Positions 23,628 through 37,623 of a DNA stretch of 64,000 nucleotides are shown piece by piece. The notes below the pieces were generated by a model. That model was given only the letters and a program-made list of their open reading frames with translations, made no database searches and was not told where the DNA came from. This DNA is from Adineta vaga (lineage: Eukaryota > Animalia > Rotifera), in assembly GCA_021613535.1 (NCBI GenBank), contig CP075492.1, positions 16,554,001 through 16,618,000 on the forward strand, given 5' to 3'. The first letter of the stretch is position 1, and every line of letters begins with the position of its first letter. Made by a program: the position numbers and the translations under genes.

Positions 23628-24948
23628 AATACGAAAATTCTGACACCGCCGCTAATTTGAACAAAAAAAAGAAGCAAGAATAATATAATCGATTTATAAG
23701 ATATTAGTCAACTATTTTATAAATTCTTTGTTTAACGTATAATATATTTAACGATCAATATTGATAAGATTCGATAAATAATAAATAAACCACCATAAAG
23801 ATCAATTAATGTTGTTATACCTTCTTTAATATTATATTTAACTGTATAAATATACGTACATGACGATGGTGCACAATTGTTGAATTCAGTGAAAAACGAC
23901 TAGATAATAAAGAAGACTTATTAATTGCTTGAAAAGTATTTGTTCGATCAATACATGTTTGATTATACAAACATTGAATTGTTGTTTGTAAGATTGTTTC
24001 AAGTATATAACAACCAGCTAACATTCCACGGGATGAAACAACACATTTTGATGATAATCCACAATTACATCCATTATATTGTTGTGACACACTACGAAAA
24101 GCTTCAATATCATAAATAATATCCGGTTGTAAAGTTAAAATCCAATTAGTAAATAGATAATTGAGAAACATATTTGATCCAATCGTTTCTCGAATTAATG
24201 AAAGTGTATTAATAAATAATTTTGGCATTGTTTTTTTAAAATCAGTCATCATTTTTTGAATACTTTCATTTAATAAATCAAATGATAGAAGTTCAATGTT
24301 AGTGAAATCAATTGAACTTAATTGAATAAGTGCATTTTGAACTGTTTCTTGAGATAAACGACAAAACGTAGAAAGAATTTGAAATTGATCAATTATCAAA
24401 CCAAAAAAATCGTTTGTAGGATATCGATAAACAGAATAATAATACTATTAATAAATATATGTTTAACTGATCGTAATAAAATGTTTGTTAACCATTAATG
24501 TATTAACAATATCATTGATTGTTTCATTGGTTAAATTAAGGTTTGAATTTAGAGCAGTAAAATTGAATGGTTTCGTCGATTTTAGATATGTATTCATTTG
24601 TAACATACATTTTTTTTTTTTTTTTTTTTTTTTGGTAACAAAGCTTTATTGTAAAAAAGAACAACACTGTAACATAAAGTCAACGGAAGGTATTGTACTT
24701 CTACATAAGCTGGAGTAGAGAAAAAAAAAAGGACACATGACGTATGTCTTTTGTCCGTGACATAGTAATAAGAACGAGAAAAATTTTTATATGCCAATAG
24801 TGAGTGTAGATGGGGTGACGCGTGTAAAGTCTTACATATGTGGTAGAAGAAAAAGAGAAAGAAAACAGAAAACAGAAGATATAGTGGTACTATATGGATA
24901 GATTGGAGAGGAAGAGAAAAGAAGCTGGATTGTATGTGACATGTTTTA

Positions 24949-25236
24949 AATCAGCAAATATATTGACTCGATTTCATATTGCATATAAGAACGAGCAAAG
25001 AATTTACTGGATATTGTAAGGATCAGCAAAGACGTTGACTCGATATCATATTGTATATAAGAACGAGCAAGGAATTTACTGGATATTGTAAGGATCAGCA
25101 AAGACGTTGACTCGATATCATATTGTATATAAGAACGAGCAAGGAATTTACTGGATATTGTAAGGATCAGCAAAGACGTTGACTCGATATCATATTGTAT
25201 ATAAGAACGAGTAAAAGAATTTGCTGTATACATGAA
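24949..25236. repeat. 72-bp tandem repeat (~4 copies, degenerate copies to ~25380) in the LINE 3' UTR
   Basis: Unit gatcagcaaagacgttgactcg...ggatattgtaag starts at 25021, 25093 and 25165. Confidence 0.92.
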
Positions 25237-25485
25237 TCGGTTTAAAGATTGGCTCGATATTATATTATATATAAGAATGCGATCAATAAATAACTGAATA
25301 GAACGAAAGAACGATACAGCATATAGATTGAATCGACTTCTTATTTTGTATAAGAACGAGTTAAACGAAGTAGCTGAATAATATATTTGATTGCGATATA
25401 TCGTTTTTTACATCGATTCGACTGACACAAGAATAGTCTATTCTCTCGATGTTACTATTATATGTAATGGTTGGTGATTTCTTTT

Positions 25486-28177
25486 TTAAATTTTGTCTAA
25501 GATGCATTGTAGATGATTCTTCAGTGTAATGTCGTTGTTTGTTGTTGCCTTTTGAAGTGTATGTTTAAGTAGTCCTATTGCATAATCTTTGATTTTTGGA
25601 ATGTTGCTGATCTTGTGGATATATTTGACAGATGTATATATGGGTAGTCCGAGTGCAGCTCTAATTGCTTTATTCTGCATGATTTGTAAACGGTCCCATA
25701 CTTTTTGATCAGCAGTAAGGAGAATAGGATGTCCATAAATGATAACTGTGCGTACAATTGATTTGAAAATATTTATCATCGTCTTGTTGTTGGGTTCATA
25801 TGCTGTTCTCGAAAGATATCGAAGTAGACCGATCCGAGGAGCAATCTTGCTTTCAATATGTTCGAGATGTGCTCGCCATTTTAATCTTTTATCTATAATT
25901 ACACCCAAGTAACGTGTGGAATCCAGTGGTTTGATGATGGTGTCTTCAACTTTAACTTTCACTGGATTCTTGTAGTGTTTTCTTGGATGTATGCTGAAGT
26001 GTATCAGCTCTGTCTTAGTTGGTTGAAGTTTTAATTTCCATGACTTGCACCAACTTTCGAATGCATCTATGGATTGTTGTAATCTGGTGTTAAGATTTGT
26101 TAAGGTATTGCCAGATGTCCATAATGCAGTGTCGTCGGCGAACAACCCATGTTCTGTATGAGTTGGTATTCCATTCATCGAATCTGCCGTATACATAATA
26201 TAAAGTAATGGTGATAACGGAGATCCTTGTGGTGTACCGCTCTTCAGATTAAACGGACGTGATAATATATTTTCGATTTCAATTGCAGCCGTTCTATTGC
26301 TTAAGAATGAGATCAGATAGTTTGATGATGAAACAGGGAAGACGTAGATCATTAAGCTTGTATATCAAACCATCGTGCCATACCGAATCAAATGCGGCTT
26401 TGATGTCGAAAAGAATGACAGCTGAGTGACGTCGTCGACGTGGTCGTCTAAGTTGTCCTGCAGCGTATCTTTCTAATCGCACGATGTTGTATATAGTGCT
26501 TTTACCTGGTCTAAATCCGGCTTGATGTTGTGGTAAGATGTTTCGTCGTTCAAGTTCGAGCATTAAACGTTGTTTGATTATTTTCTCCAATAGTTTGCCT
26601 AAGCAACTAAGGAGACTAATCGGTCGATAGCTAGACGGTTGTTGTTTGTCTTTCTTTGGCTTTAATAGAAGAATAATATTAGCCTTTTTCCACATTGCTG
26701 GAATATAACCTTGTTTCAAAATTGCATTAAACAGATTTGTTAGATGCTGTACCAGTAATTTTGAATGATTCTTCAAACATCGGTTATGAATGTTGTCTGG
26801 ACCAGTGGAGCTATTTCTAAGTTGTCTTATATGATTTTTGACTTCTTTTTCTTTGATTTGCTTCCACTTTGGTGTGTTTGAAGAGGTTATAGTTTTACTT
26901 TTGACTTTGTTTGCTTGGCGTGTTACTTGATCATGAAGTGGCAACGTATCAGCAGTGTGAGAGTAGACTTCATTTTCGAAGTAATCTGCAAATAAGTCTG
27001 CTTTCTCCTTGTCTGATGTTGCAGTTGTATTGTTGTATTTCATGATGTTGGCGTAGGTTTGCTTGATCCTTTTGTTGTGGAACTTGCGCACCGTCAGCCA
27101 AACTTTGTCCGAATACATTTTCTTATGGCATAAAGATGACATTAACTTGTTGAAGTTATTTCTTCTGTCGTTTCTAAGTGAATTTGTAAGCAAGACTTTG
27201 GAATTGTAATATAGATGTTTATCTAAGTTGTTTCCAGTCTTCTTCCATTTTCGATATGCTTGATGTTTTTGTTTTATCAGGCTTATCGATACTTCACTTG
27301 GTGTATACGTTCGGATCATCTGCTTTGTTTGTGGAACGGCTTCTTTTGTTGCTTCTAGTATACTAGTGGTAATGAATGATGTATATTCTTCTATGTCTGC
27401 TGTTGAATCTAAATGATGATCATTTTTCCACAGCATCAGTTGTTGATCTAACTTGCACCTAAATTTTGACCATTTTGCTGCTTTGAAATTAAATAAAATT
27501 CTTGACGAAGCCGGTTTGGGTTCAGCTCCGCAAGGAATATCAAATGTTAATGGTTTATGGCCATTTAATGCACCGATTGTTGGATGAGTCTCAACGTTTG
27601 ATATGAATGAAAGAAGTGGTTGACTTGCTAGAATCCAATCTAGTTTAACTTCATAATCATTTTTTTCGAAAGTTGGACTATCATCGTCGACACAATCAAT
27701 AAGACCATCTTTAAATAATTCTTGCAGCTGTCTTCCTCTAGCATTAGCTTGTTGTGATCCCATATTATATAATGTTGCATTAAGATCACCCATGATAATG
27801 CAGTTGTTGTTGACGTTATAAAGTTCGTGGAATAAGTTGATATCGATCTTTGCTTTTGGTGGTACGTAAATGGAGGATATTAGTATTGATTTGAATGATT
27901 TAGTTCGAATCTCTACTGCTATCGCTTCATTCTTGCAGGTTGTTTTGTTTAGTACTTCTTGACACTTGATATGTTGTTTCACTGCTAGTAATACTCCACC
28001 CCCAGCTTGTCCTATTCGATCATTTCTGAAGATGTTATAACCAAAAAGCGTGAATGGTCTTTCGCTCTTTAGATTAGTTTCATTAACAGAGATAATATCG
28101 TATTTGGAGAATCTGGCTAGGAGTTCATCTTTGTGTTTGGTAATTGAGTTAATGTTGATATGGCATAAACTAAGCAT
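25486..28177 (-). CDS. LINE ORF2: AP endonuclease + reverse transcriptase, with a single +1 frameshift at ~26321-26323
   Basis: HININS, NET, GDLNA, LDWIL (APE); YRPISLL, QAGFR, FDIKAAFDSV, GTPQGSPLSP, FADD, YLGV (RT). Confidence 0.92.
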
Positions 28178-29639
28178 CGTTGCTGCTTGTTTTAAGTGTT
28201 TTCTTGTCGTTTATAGATGCATCAGGAGAGTTGTTGGAAGAAAGGGCCATCTTGTTTGTAGAGTATCCTTCTTTTGTATTTTGTGCGTCTTTTGACGTAG
28301 TAGGAGTTGATGGCATAGTAGGTTTATTTGAAGTGACATTCTCTGTTGTAGACGATTTGTCAGCTTCACTCTGTTGTTTTTTTGGTTTTGGTTTGATGAT
28401 CTTAACTGCTTGACTTTGTTCGTTGGAATCAGAGTCTGAATCAGTTAATATATATTTTTCTTCATTATTACGATCGAGGAGTCCGAATGATTTTTCGATC
28501 TTCTTGATCTTCTGATGTAGTGCTTTGAATAGTCGATTGGTAGTTTTTTCGATGATGGTTTCCATTTTGCTGGTAAGAGCATTAATGATATCGTCGAATA
28601 AATTGTCCGTTAATAGTTGTTTTTGTGTTTGGTTGAATTGTGATAGAGGTGGGAAGTCATGTGTGCTGTAGATTGATGGTGCTTGTGTTACTTGTTTGCT
28701 TGTTGTTGCATATTGGTTAACCATGTTTTGCATCTTCTTTTCTTGTTCTCTATAATGTGAACATTCTTTGGAAGTAGCAATATGATTACCTTTACAGTTG
28801 TAGCACTTGACTGCGTCATCTGTAACAGTACATTTGTCGTTGCTATGATTTTCACCACATCGACTACATACTTGTTGCTTGGTTTTGCAGTATTTGGCTA
28901 CATGGTTGTATTTTAAGCAAATGTAACATTGCACCGGTTTGGAATTTTGTGTGGCTGGTTCAGCGGTGAAGTGCATGCAATCCACTTGTAAACCAGTTTG
29001 CACAAAGATATTTCGATTTGTTGCATCGCTAAATGATATCTTGACTGTTCGTGTTGGAGTCTTACCATCTTTGCTTGTTAATCGAATAACTTCTGTTACT
29101 TCAAGACCAACGTTCTTTAGTGCTTCAGTTATTCGATCGTTTGGTAGTTCTAGATCGACTCTTTTTACGAAGGCGATCTTTTCTGTGTCCTTGATTCTTT
29201 GTATAGATCTTGGAACGTATACCGTGGCTGATGGTTGACCGTTTGACGATAATATTGATGAAAAGTCGTTTAATATGTTGTTGAACGATTTAACATCTCT
29301 TGCATATAATGTGAATATTCCATTTCGTCCAAGTTGGATGTCATGGATATTGACTTCAGCAAGATGTTGCTTCAATATATCATTTAGCTGCAATTTGTTT
29401 AAGTTAACACCCTCTAGAATAAGAGGGGCGATACTAAATGTTGGTTGGCTTGATTTTAAAGCATATGGTCCTGCTTTGCCATCTTGTGTTGTTCGTTGTG
29501 GGCTTTGTATGCTTTGTGAGCTTTGTGGCCCTTGTTTTCGTTGTGTGGTGGTTGCTCTTTGTTGGTTGTCCACGCTGTGATAGCGTCTCTGTTGACCACC
29601 GCCACCCCTTCCTCTCTTGGAAGGCATTAAAATCAGCAC
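28170..29639 (-). CDS. LINE ORF1 gag-like nucleic-acid-binding protein (ATG likely 29627)
   Basis: Three CCHC knuckles: CYICLKYNHVAKYC, CSRCGENHSNDKC, CYNCKGNHIATSKEC; overlaps ORF2 start by 8 nt. Confidence 0.92.
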   Translation of the reverse strand: MLILMPSKRGRGGGGQQRRYHSVDNQQRATTTQRKQGPQSSQSIQSPQRTTQDGKAGPYALKSSQPTFSIAPLILEGVNLNKLQLNDILKQHLAEVNIHDIQLGRNGIFTLYARDVKSFNNILNDFSSILSSNGQPSATVYVPRSIQRIKDTEKIAFVKRVDLELPNDRITEALKNVGLEVTEVIRLTSKDGKTPTRTVKISFSDATNRNIFVQTGLQVDCMHFTAEPATQNSKPVQCYICLKYNHVAKYCKTKQQVCSRCGENHSNDKCTVTDDAVKCYNCKGNHIATSKECSHYREQEKKMQNMVNQYATTSKQVTQAPSIYSTHDFPPLSQFNQTQKQLLTDNLFDDIINALTSKMETIIEKTTNRLFKALHQKIKKIEKSFGLLDRNNEEKYILTDSDSDSNEQSQAVKIIKPKPKKQQSEADKSSTTENVTSNKPTMPSTPTTSKDAQNTKEGYSTNKMALSSNNSPDASINDKKTLKTSSNDA

Positions 29640-31797
29640 CAGTTGTTGATAATTTGATGTAGATTGTTTTTGTTTTCTTGTTTGGGTTGATGAAGTACAG
29701 AGGATCTCGATGAAAAACCAGTTTTTTTAAGTCCTAGGACTTTTTAGCTGGTCGAAAGAAAAAGTAGAAAGACGAGAGATAAGATATATATGTTTATTTC
29801 ACTTGGACGAATGCGACTGATCGCGATCAAGTCAACTAGACGAATGTGTAACATACATGAAATATTGTAAAAACATTCTAATGTTGATGATAATAATGAT
29901 GTCATTTGATAACAACCAATAAAAAAATTTGGAATCGAATAAAGGATAATGTCTAAGCATTCAAAATCTCATCATATTCGTAGAGATTAGCAGATTGTTG
30001 ACATAATGGCGAAACGCCACAATCACAATTCGAGTACGTTCTTGGACTCATAATAAATGCTCCGGAATATCGATCGAATAAAATTCCAAAATTGAGATTA
30101 TTAATCAGTCGATTTCCGTGTATAGTTGCTTGAAATAATTGAATTGTTGTAAGAAATGTTTTTATAGTTGTTGATTTCCAATCTTGAAAAGATGAATTAA
30201 TTTGAATTTGAAATGATTGTTGAGAAATAATTTGTGATGTAAAATATTTTGTTTGAAAAAATAATCGAAGTGAATCAGTTATAATTTGTTGTGATTGTCT
30301 ACAAAAAATCGATAATAATTTAAACTGATCACCTCCATTGTCTCTGAAATCTTCAGTAAGTGAATTAGATCGACTTGTAAATGCATCATGTAAATATTCA
30401 ATCCATCTATCGGAAACCAAATCACTTGAACATACTTGATGATATTGTGGTTCAATTGTAAGAAAATGTGAATATAACATTGAAATTGAAGTACATGGAC
30501 ATGATAAAGATTGAGAAGATTCTTCTTGAAGTTGAATATATTGAAATTCTGTTGGATTGTAAATTGTTTTTGATTGTATTGTTTTCATCATAAATGTATA
30601 GAATATTAAAATAATAAAGGAAATCATAATTATTGATAACGAATTTGCCGATGAGAACTTGGATAATGTTTAAAAAGATTTAATTCAATTAATTGTTTTT
30701 GAACAAGATTTTCCGTTTGTTGTAAACGAAGAGAAACTAAAAGAAAAGAAATTTAATATTAATTAATAATTAAGCAAACTTACAAGGAATTTTTGATTTA
30801 GGGATTCGATCTTTTAATTGCTGAATAAATTTGATAGCAAATGGAATTATAAGTCCAAGTATTAAAATTAAACTCGCTAATAAACTAATTAATTTGTTGA
30901 TAATAAAATAAAAATTATATCGAGAAATTTTCAAATAAGTACATGATGATGGCGCACATTGAGAATAATATTTTTCATAAGAAATATTAATTATCCAATT
31001 TTCTACCATTAAATTAACAACAACGGATTGAATTGTTGATTGTGGATTGTAAATACTTTGGTGGAATGTTGGTATTACTTTAAATTTTTCATTTGTACGA
31101 AAATATGATAGAAGTCTATTTATACAGTTCCGATCATAAAAACATTCGAGTGTTGAAACGAGAATTGAAGTTACTGGTAAACAACCAGATGATATACCTG
31201 GAATATAAAATATTAAATTACCACCATCACTTGGAAGTGGTGCTTGAAAAACATCATGTATTCCTGATGAAGTTTTATTGCAAACTGCATTTGTACATGC
31301 GCATTCTAAACCATCTTCTTGATTGTATGCTCTTACAAAATACCGACAGAATTCTGAACGTTACTTTTGACTGCAAAATAATAATTTGTTCTTTTGTTGG
31401 TTTTGCTATCGTAATTTTTGTTATTTGAGTCATTAAAGATAAACTGATATCAATTCTACAAAGAATTAATAGAAAAAGTAAAATATAAATTCGTGTTCCA
31501 ATGATATTGCAACGACGTTGTTGATCACTCTCTTGTTCATTACTGTCAGGTTTAGATGCAAAAAAATTTAAATTAAGAAAATAATTTTTCAAAGAAGACA
31601 TCAAAATAGTCCAGATTGTGCGTTTGATAGGAATAAGAAAAAAATGAGAGCGAGTTTATATTATATTGTTATTTGTAATTAAATATGAAGTGTTTTCTTT
31701 GAACTGAAAAACATGACAAACTGAAATTTGTTTTTTCGACATTTTTTATAAAACAAGTTTTTGAATTTACTTATTGACTTTACCATAAGATTTTAAC

Positions 31798-31848
31798 CAT
31801 CTTGGGGTTGTGGGTGTATTTCTTCTTCTTTCACACCCTCACCCTCGA
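31798..31848. repeat. Telomere-like hairpin element
   Basis: catcttggggttgtgggtg-tatttcttcttcttt-cacaccctcaccctcga. Confidence 0.85.
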
Positions 31849-31866
31849 TAGCATATGAAATGTTCA

Positions 31867-32880
31867 TTAATATCGTCTTAAACGTGTATATAATATAGAA
31901 CATTGACACAATTTGTATAATTGTTCTCTGTATTTTGGTGATAGTAGAACGAAGATAAAGAAATCAGATAGACAATAAGGTAGAGTGTATTCTCCCATGA
32001 TTGTGTAAGACAATTGAAACGAAATGCTACGATGAGATGAGGAATCATCAGTGTGACGAGTATATAAGGAGTGATGATACTGTGTCTGTATGTATATAAT
32101 ACCTCTCGAAAGGTTGACCAAAATGTCGCATTTGATTTTAAAGTTGTTTTGTGTTTAATAAGAATAGTAATCATAATGATAGGTGCAACAAAATTCACGA
32201 CAACAGGAACAACGAGATGAATAATATTTGTTATTATTTCAAAGATGATCAGAAAACGTGAACGAAGATGAAGAGAACACCAAGACCGATTTGAGAAGTG
32301 TGAATCAACGCGCGATTGCAGGGAAAATGATTTGTGAAGAACGATGACAAAGTATGATAAGAAATTAGTATTGGTATAACTATTTTAGATGCACGTTGAC
32401 TGCGCTCTTTGCTGAAAAACACATTCTTATAAGCAACAACGACCCGACCCGTTCAATGGTCATACATACCGTCAGAGAATAATAGAAAGAAGAAAATACA
32501 TAAATCAGATAATCGAGAACAAAGCATTCAATGATACCAGTGTTCTTTTCGCTAAAGATAGCAAGTAGACGAATGGCTAATATAATCGTACCAAATTGTT
32601 CTATAATCGCGATCCATAATCGATAAATTCAATTTCCAATTTGACGTGATAATATTTGGCAAAATGTACCGACGGTCAAGAAGTTGCACATGATGCAGAT
32701 GAAAAGTGCAATGATAATACTGGCAAAGATTCGCTTCGAGTGAAATATTGTAATATGATGTGGTGAACTGACAGATCGAAATGTAGAAACATCGAGAACA
32801 CAGTCTCGGAGAATTCCAGTCGTAATCAATAACAGTTTTCGACATAATAACACAACCGATTGTAAAAATACGATCTGAAA
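31867..32880 (-). pseudogene. Degraded 7TM GPCR-like gene
   Basis: Fragmented hydrophobic ORFs in shifting frames (HLVVPVVVNF..., PYILVTLMIPHLI, FIFVLLSPKYREQL). Confidence 0.55.
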
Positions 32881-32916
32881 AGAGTATTTAAAGGTAGAAA
32901 TTTGACACTCTCAGTC

Positions 32917-32984
32917 CATCTTGAGAGGGTGTCAATGAATATGAATGACGAAGATTTATATTCACACTAACACCCATCCTCAAG
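32917..32984. repeat. Telomere-like hairpin element
   Basis: catcttgagagggtgtcaatgaatat...atattcacactaacacccatcctcaag. Confidence 0.8.
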
Positions 32985-33067
32985 CCTTTTCTGCTTATGT
33001 TCAAGAGATGGAGAGAGAGAAAGCGGAAATGAGTCGATTTACCATTACAATGTATTTATTTAATAAA

Positions 33068-33583
33068 CCGGCTTGTGAACAACCTTTTGCTAGGGGAGTT
33101 ACGTGATAGTTTCAAATAAGATAGGTAATAAATTCTATACCAAATGAAAACTTGTCGAAAACGGAATTTATTGATACTAAAAAGTAACAGACATCAAAAC
33201 TTTTCTCATATAGAATTTCACGACGCCAGCGGTTTGAAAAATGTAATAACATTTTTTTTCTGTATTTAAAAGCAATTATTATTTTGGGATTTCCTAGGTA
33301 GTCTTTTCAATTCTCAATACATACAGTTTTGTAGAACTTAAAGAGCTCTATCACGTGGTGTACTAATATCCAAAAAGTGCTATTATATTCTCGGACCACT
33401 GGCGCCGTAAAATTCTACATGAGAAAAGTTATCAAATTCGACAGTAAAAAGTTATGATGACTGTTGCTCTTTAGTATCAATAAATTTCGTTTTCGATGAG
33501 CTTTTATTTAATATAAAATTTACATCCTAATCTAATCGAAATTATCGAGCAACTGCTCTAGCAAAAGGTTATGCAAAATCCTG
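33068..33583. mobile_element. Foldback MITE-like element with ~190-bp imperfect TIRs
   Basis: aaccttttgctag/ctagcaaaaggtt; tcgaaaacggaatttattgatactaaa/tttagtatcaataaatttcgttttcga; right end followed by TA. Confidence 0.7.
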
Positions 33584-33976
33584 TACAGTAATAGCTTTTT
33601 TTGAATAACCGGTTAATATTAAATGCCAAAAAAACTAATTGTTTTTCGATAATACTAATATGATGATTGTTGAGTATTAAATGCTTTTCAGAAAAAAAGT
33701 TACTTAAAAGTCATATTTTTAGAGGGAAATGAAAATTTGAAGAGGATTGATAAAGCAGTTTATATCATTCACAGTAATACATTAATTATATTTATGTTTC
33801 AACCTGGATCGAAAAAAGCTAGAAAAAAAACACACTACAAGATCTCTCGGAGAGAATCACAACAAAATAAAATTAAAAATAATTTCAAATCCTCAGAGAA
33901 TTCGCCACATTACATGTTGATAAGATTTAGCTCAAGAGATAATCATAATGCGACACATTTAATTGAATCTGAATCG

Positions 33977-34024
33977 CTTAAAGGATGTGGGTTAATAAGC
34001 GACCCTCACCCACACCCACCTCAA
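33977..34024. repeat. Telomere-like hairpin element, followed by a G-rich half element (34038-34130)
   Basis: cttaaaggatgtggg-ttaataagcga-ccctcacccacacccacctcaa; the following half element resembles 37552-37606. Confidence 0.7.
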
Positions 34025-34198
34025 CCCCCACAAAGAATTGAGGGTGGATGTGAGTGTTAGGTGAAACTATGGGTGAGAGTATGGACATGGATGTCGAGTC
34101 AAACTGTGATAAAATGGATGAAATAGAGTGAGGGCGAGTAAGAAAACAATTGAGTCGTTTTTTTAATGTCAGAATGAAATAATGTTTAATGTAAATTT

Positions 34199-36673
34199 TT
34201 ATGGTCTGTTAATTCTTTTCATTCGTTTCAGATGTCTGCGTCGTGCATCGATTTCTGCTTTGCTGAATCGAGCTGAAAGTTTTGTAAAGATGCCATACAT
34301 AGCTGCAGCTTGGATTGGTATCATTGCACCTAACAGAAGAGCATTCATCATTGCAATTGGTTGCATACAAGCAGTTTCCTAAAAGGTTATTCTTTAGATG
34401 AAAATATAATAAGAAAAACAGAAATTTACGAAATCTTTCACATTCATAACAGCAACAGTAGATCCACTTGTAACACCAGTCATAGTTACACCTGATACTG
34501 TTGAAAACAAAAACAAGTGAAGAAATAAATTATTTCTTATTTAAATTAAAAACTAGACATTTTTTCTTACAAGTTGTTGTTAGAGGTGAAGATGTTGCAG
34601 TTGCAGTTGCTGTTGTTGTTGTTCTTGGAGTTGTAGTTATTATAACAATTCCGGTTGTAGTTAACTATCAAAATAGAGATGGAAAATTTGATAAAAAAAA
34701 ATGATCATAATCTTACTAATGTATTAATACTAGTTGTTGATGTTCCTCTTGTTGTTGCTGTTATTGTAGTAAAAGGTGTCGTCGTCGTTGTTGTTGTTGA
34801 TGAAACAGCAGGATTCCAAATATTAAAAACCCAAAATGTTTTATCAGTGATTGGAGCAGATTCAGGATCTTAAACAAAATGTTATTTTTCCACATAATAC
34901 CATAGATAAATTAACTTACGACAAAATTCACTTCCACTAGCCACACCTAAAGATCAATCAAAGATGAAATATTTAAAGAAAAATCTTCTTTCATACCACT
35001 ATCCATATTAACATAATACGAATGTCCTGGAATCCATGGTGCAACTGGAAAACGAATAACAACTGTCAAACCAGTATATGTTACTTCTGTTTGCCAACCA
35101 CAATCAAATTGTTGTACAAGTGTCGGACTACCAGTAGTGGAATCATAGAAAGAAATATATGTACCATTACGTGTTGGACGACTAACTGATTTTGTTGCTA
35201 AAAACGAAAGAAATTCATATTATAAAGTTTCGAAGAAATATTTTACTTTGAAAAGAAAAGAGAGTATGATTTTGAAATACTGTGCCAATTGGTGATGCTG
35301 AACCTTGAACTAAGCTTGGGTAAACAATATCAGGTGATCGAAAACCAACTAAAAATGTAATACACCATTGATTTGATTGAAGACTATTATTATCAACAGC
35401 TCCAAAACAAACACCTTGCGGACCATATTGACTTTGCATTGGAACCCAACTAAGAATTATAGTAAATATGCCTACAAATTACAAATATTAAATGAAACAA
35501 AAATAATTCTTTGATAAAAGTACAAACCGGATGATGGATTAAGAATTTTACTTTTTGTCATTCCAACTGGTACACTAGATACATAGTCAACAATAGTTTG
35601 TCCTGGACAAAAAACTTGTATGATAACAGTTTCGGTAATATTATCATTGGGCATTACACCAATACATGCTTACAAAAAATAAATAATGAAAAATAATCAA
35701 AGATTCATTAATAATAAAAGTCACATATACCTCGATTTGGTCGATTACCGATAATAAGTGGGGATATAGAACAAGAAGTTGGTTTTGCATAACCATAGAA
35801 AAGAAATTGAAGAGGAACAGAACTCATTGGTGTATTTGATGTAACTGCTGCACTGTTATAAAAATCTTCAATTTGTAAAGTAACTCCTGCATAATAATTA
35901 ACTCGTACAAGTGTAAATACAATAGTGCAATTCTCTGGAAAAAGAACAGCACCAGGTACACCGTTGCACATTCCACCACATTCATCAAAGTTATTGATAG
36001 TGGTTGTTGCTAAAGTCGCCCATCGACATCTTAATATATCATCCCTATCAAAATCATCCATTTGAACAACATGTTGATGTTGAACATTTACTTCTTTATA
36101 GATAACTGGAAGATTGGTAGCAATAGGACTATTATTTAGAAGACCATCGGGTCTAAGAGCAGTATTGACTCTGGCGGCAACAGACCAGGTTCCATAAGAA
36201 CCAACAACAAGTTCGAAAACCCAACAACAGGTGGCGTAAGCAAGAGTGAATCCACTGTTGAGTGGTATTGTATATGTTTTATAATATTCACCCGATGCAA
36301 CATCCATAGGAGCACTGTAATCAGTACAATAGGCCGGTATGGGCATATCAGGTGAATAACCAGTACAGCTACCAGCGACGCACTTCAGATCCTCGACATT
36401 ACCTAGCAGTGGAGTTTTGGCAGCAATCACACCATCGTCGCAGCGAGGACTATAAAAACTACGACGCCATGACCATCGTTCTCGTATGATCACATCTACT
36501 GAACTACCAGATGGAGTAGTATTGTACGGACGCCTTTGAACAACTGACTATATAGAAAATGAATGGAAATTCTTAATAACTAACCATGTAATTGTTCCAC
36601 CACGAAAATGATCAGGATGAACACTAGAGATGTATAGGAATAAACCAATGGCAAAAACTTGATTAACAACCAT
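34199..36673 (-). CDS. Multi-exon type I membrane protein with HFRGGTITW N-terminus, Cys-rich ectodomain and Thr-rich stalk (copy A)
   Basis: Signal exon MVVNQVFAIGLF...DHFRGGTITW; 261-aa core exon; poly-Thr exons; TM followed by basic tail. Confidence 0.8.
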
Positions 36674-37623
36674 CTCTATTCAAATATATGAAAAAAATTA
36701 AAATGAAGTATAGATGCAGTGAAGTTGCGCTTTTATATTTCTACTTTTCTTCAATTGCGAAGAAAGGTAACAACAAAATAAAAGTACCTATTTTTCAGTA
36801 CCTGTCATTAATAGTGCATCTGAATAGCTTTTGCGCAATGAAATTCATAGTGTTGATCAATTTCTTTGATGCATTTTTAAACTTCAAAAGGTAATGCAAC
36901 ACCTCAGGCATAGACATATTTATCGAAGAAAAGCAATTTCTTTTGTTGTGAAAAGAATTGACGATTAGTTGTCAAGATGAATGTATTCAGACTATTAACT
37001 ATAACGTATTAGGGGAGGAAATCGGTGATGGTGAAGAACCTTCCAGACTGATAACTTCATATGAGAGAAAAAGACGGGAGACACAAAGATGTTTGTCCTT
37101 TAAATTTTTTATATATACTACAACATATCCTGCCGGGTATATCTAAGATAGAAGGACTTATACTATGTAGCATTCTAAATTCACTTGTTCTCTTACAGTT
37201 CCCGATGCAAAACCTATTCTTTCTCGCATAGATCCCGCTGCAACTCTATGTCAACTTCGGTTCGCACCAAAAAAGCCTTAGATTTTAGGTTAAAATTCCA
37301 TGTATGACGACTACACCCACGTCGAAACCCTCAAAATATTTATTTGATTTATTCGATTTTAAGCTGTGTATATGTCAATGTTCCCTCGAGTTTAGTGAGG
37401 GTCTTATGGAAGAAAACAGTTTCTTTATAAGTTTGTAATTCGTGTCACCTACTAAAGGTCAAAGAAGCATCAGTGAGGAGTGGTTTGAAATCATCAAATT
37501 GGACGAGTGAGGAGCTGGGTGTTGGGTGGAACCATGGGTGGGGGTACAGAGTTGAGGGTGTGGGTGGGAGTATGGACATGGGTGTCGGTTCAAAATGGAT
37601 GAAACAGTGGTTTGTTATCCTTT

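Larger units (their letters stand above)
24611..29846 (-). mobile_element. Full-length non-LTR retrotransposon (Jockey/I group, Hebe-like)
   Basis: TSD tgtaacatacat at 24599-24610 and 29847-29858; poly(A) tail (T run to 24633); AATAAA at 24645-24650; 5' end CATTCG; gag-like ORF1 plus APE-RT ORF2. Confidence 0.95.
23740..31604 (-). pseudogene. Large Cys-patterned multi-pass membrane protein of unknown function (repeated CPC/CSS/CxC/CAPxxCTY modules), disrupted by frameshifts and a LINE insertion
   Basis: Collinear fragments 31275-31604, 30770-31009, 29953-30627 and 23815-24399 share module motifs; LINE TSD lies within coding-like sequence; ends approximate. Confidence 0.6.

Noticed and set aside
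24946-25233. 95-aa ORF with a 24-aa repeat; possible CRISPR-like array
   Set aside because: Simple 72-bp tandem repeat in the LINE 3' UTR, with no unique spacers.
26294-26352. Programmed ribosomal frameshift in LINE ORF2
   Set aside because: Falls mid-RT and is explained by one extra A; mutation or sequencing error is more likely.
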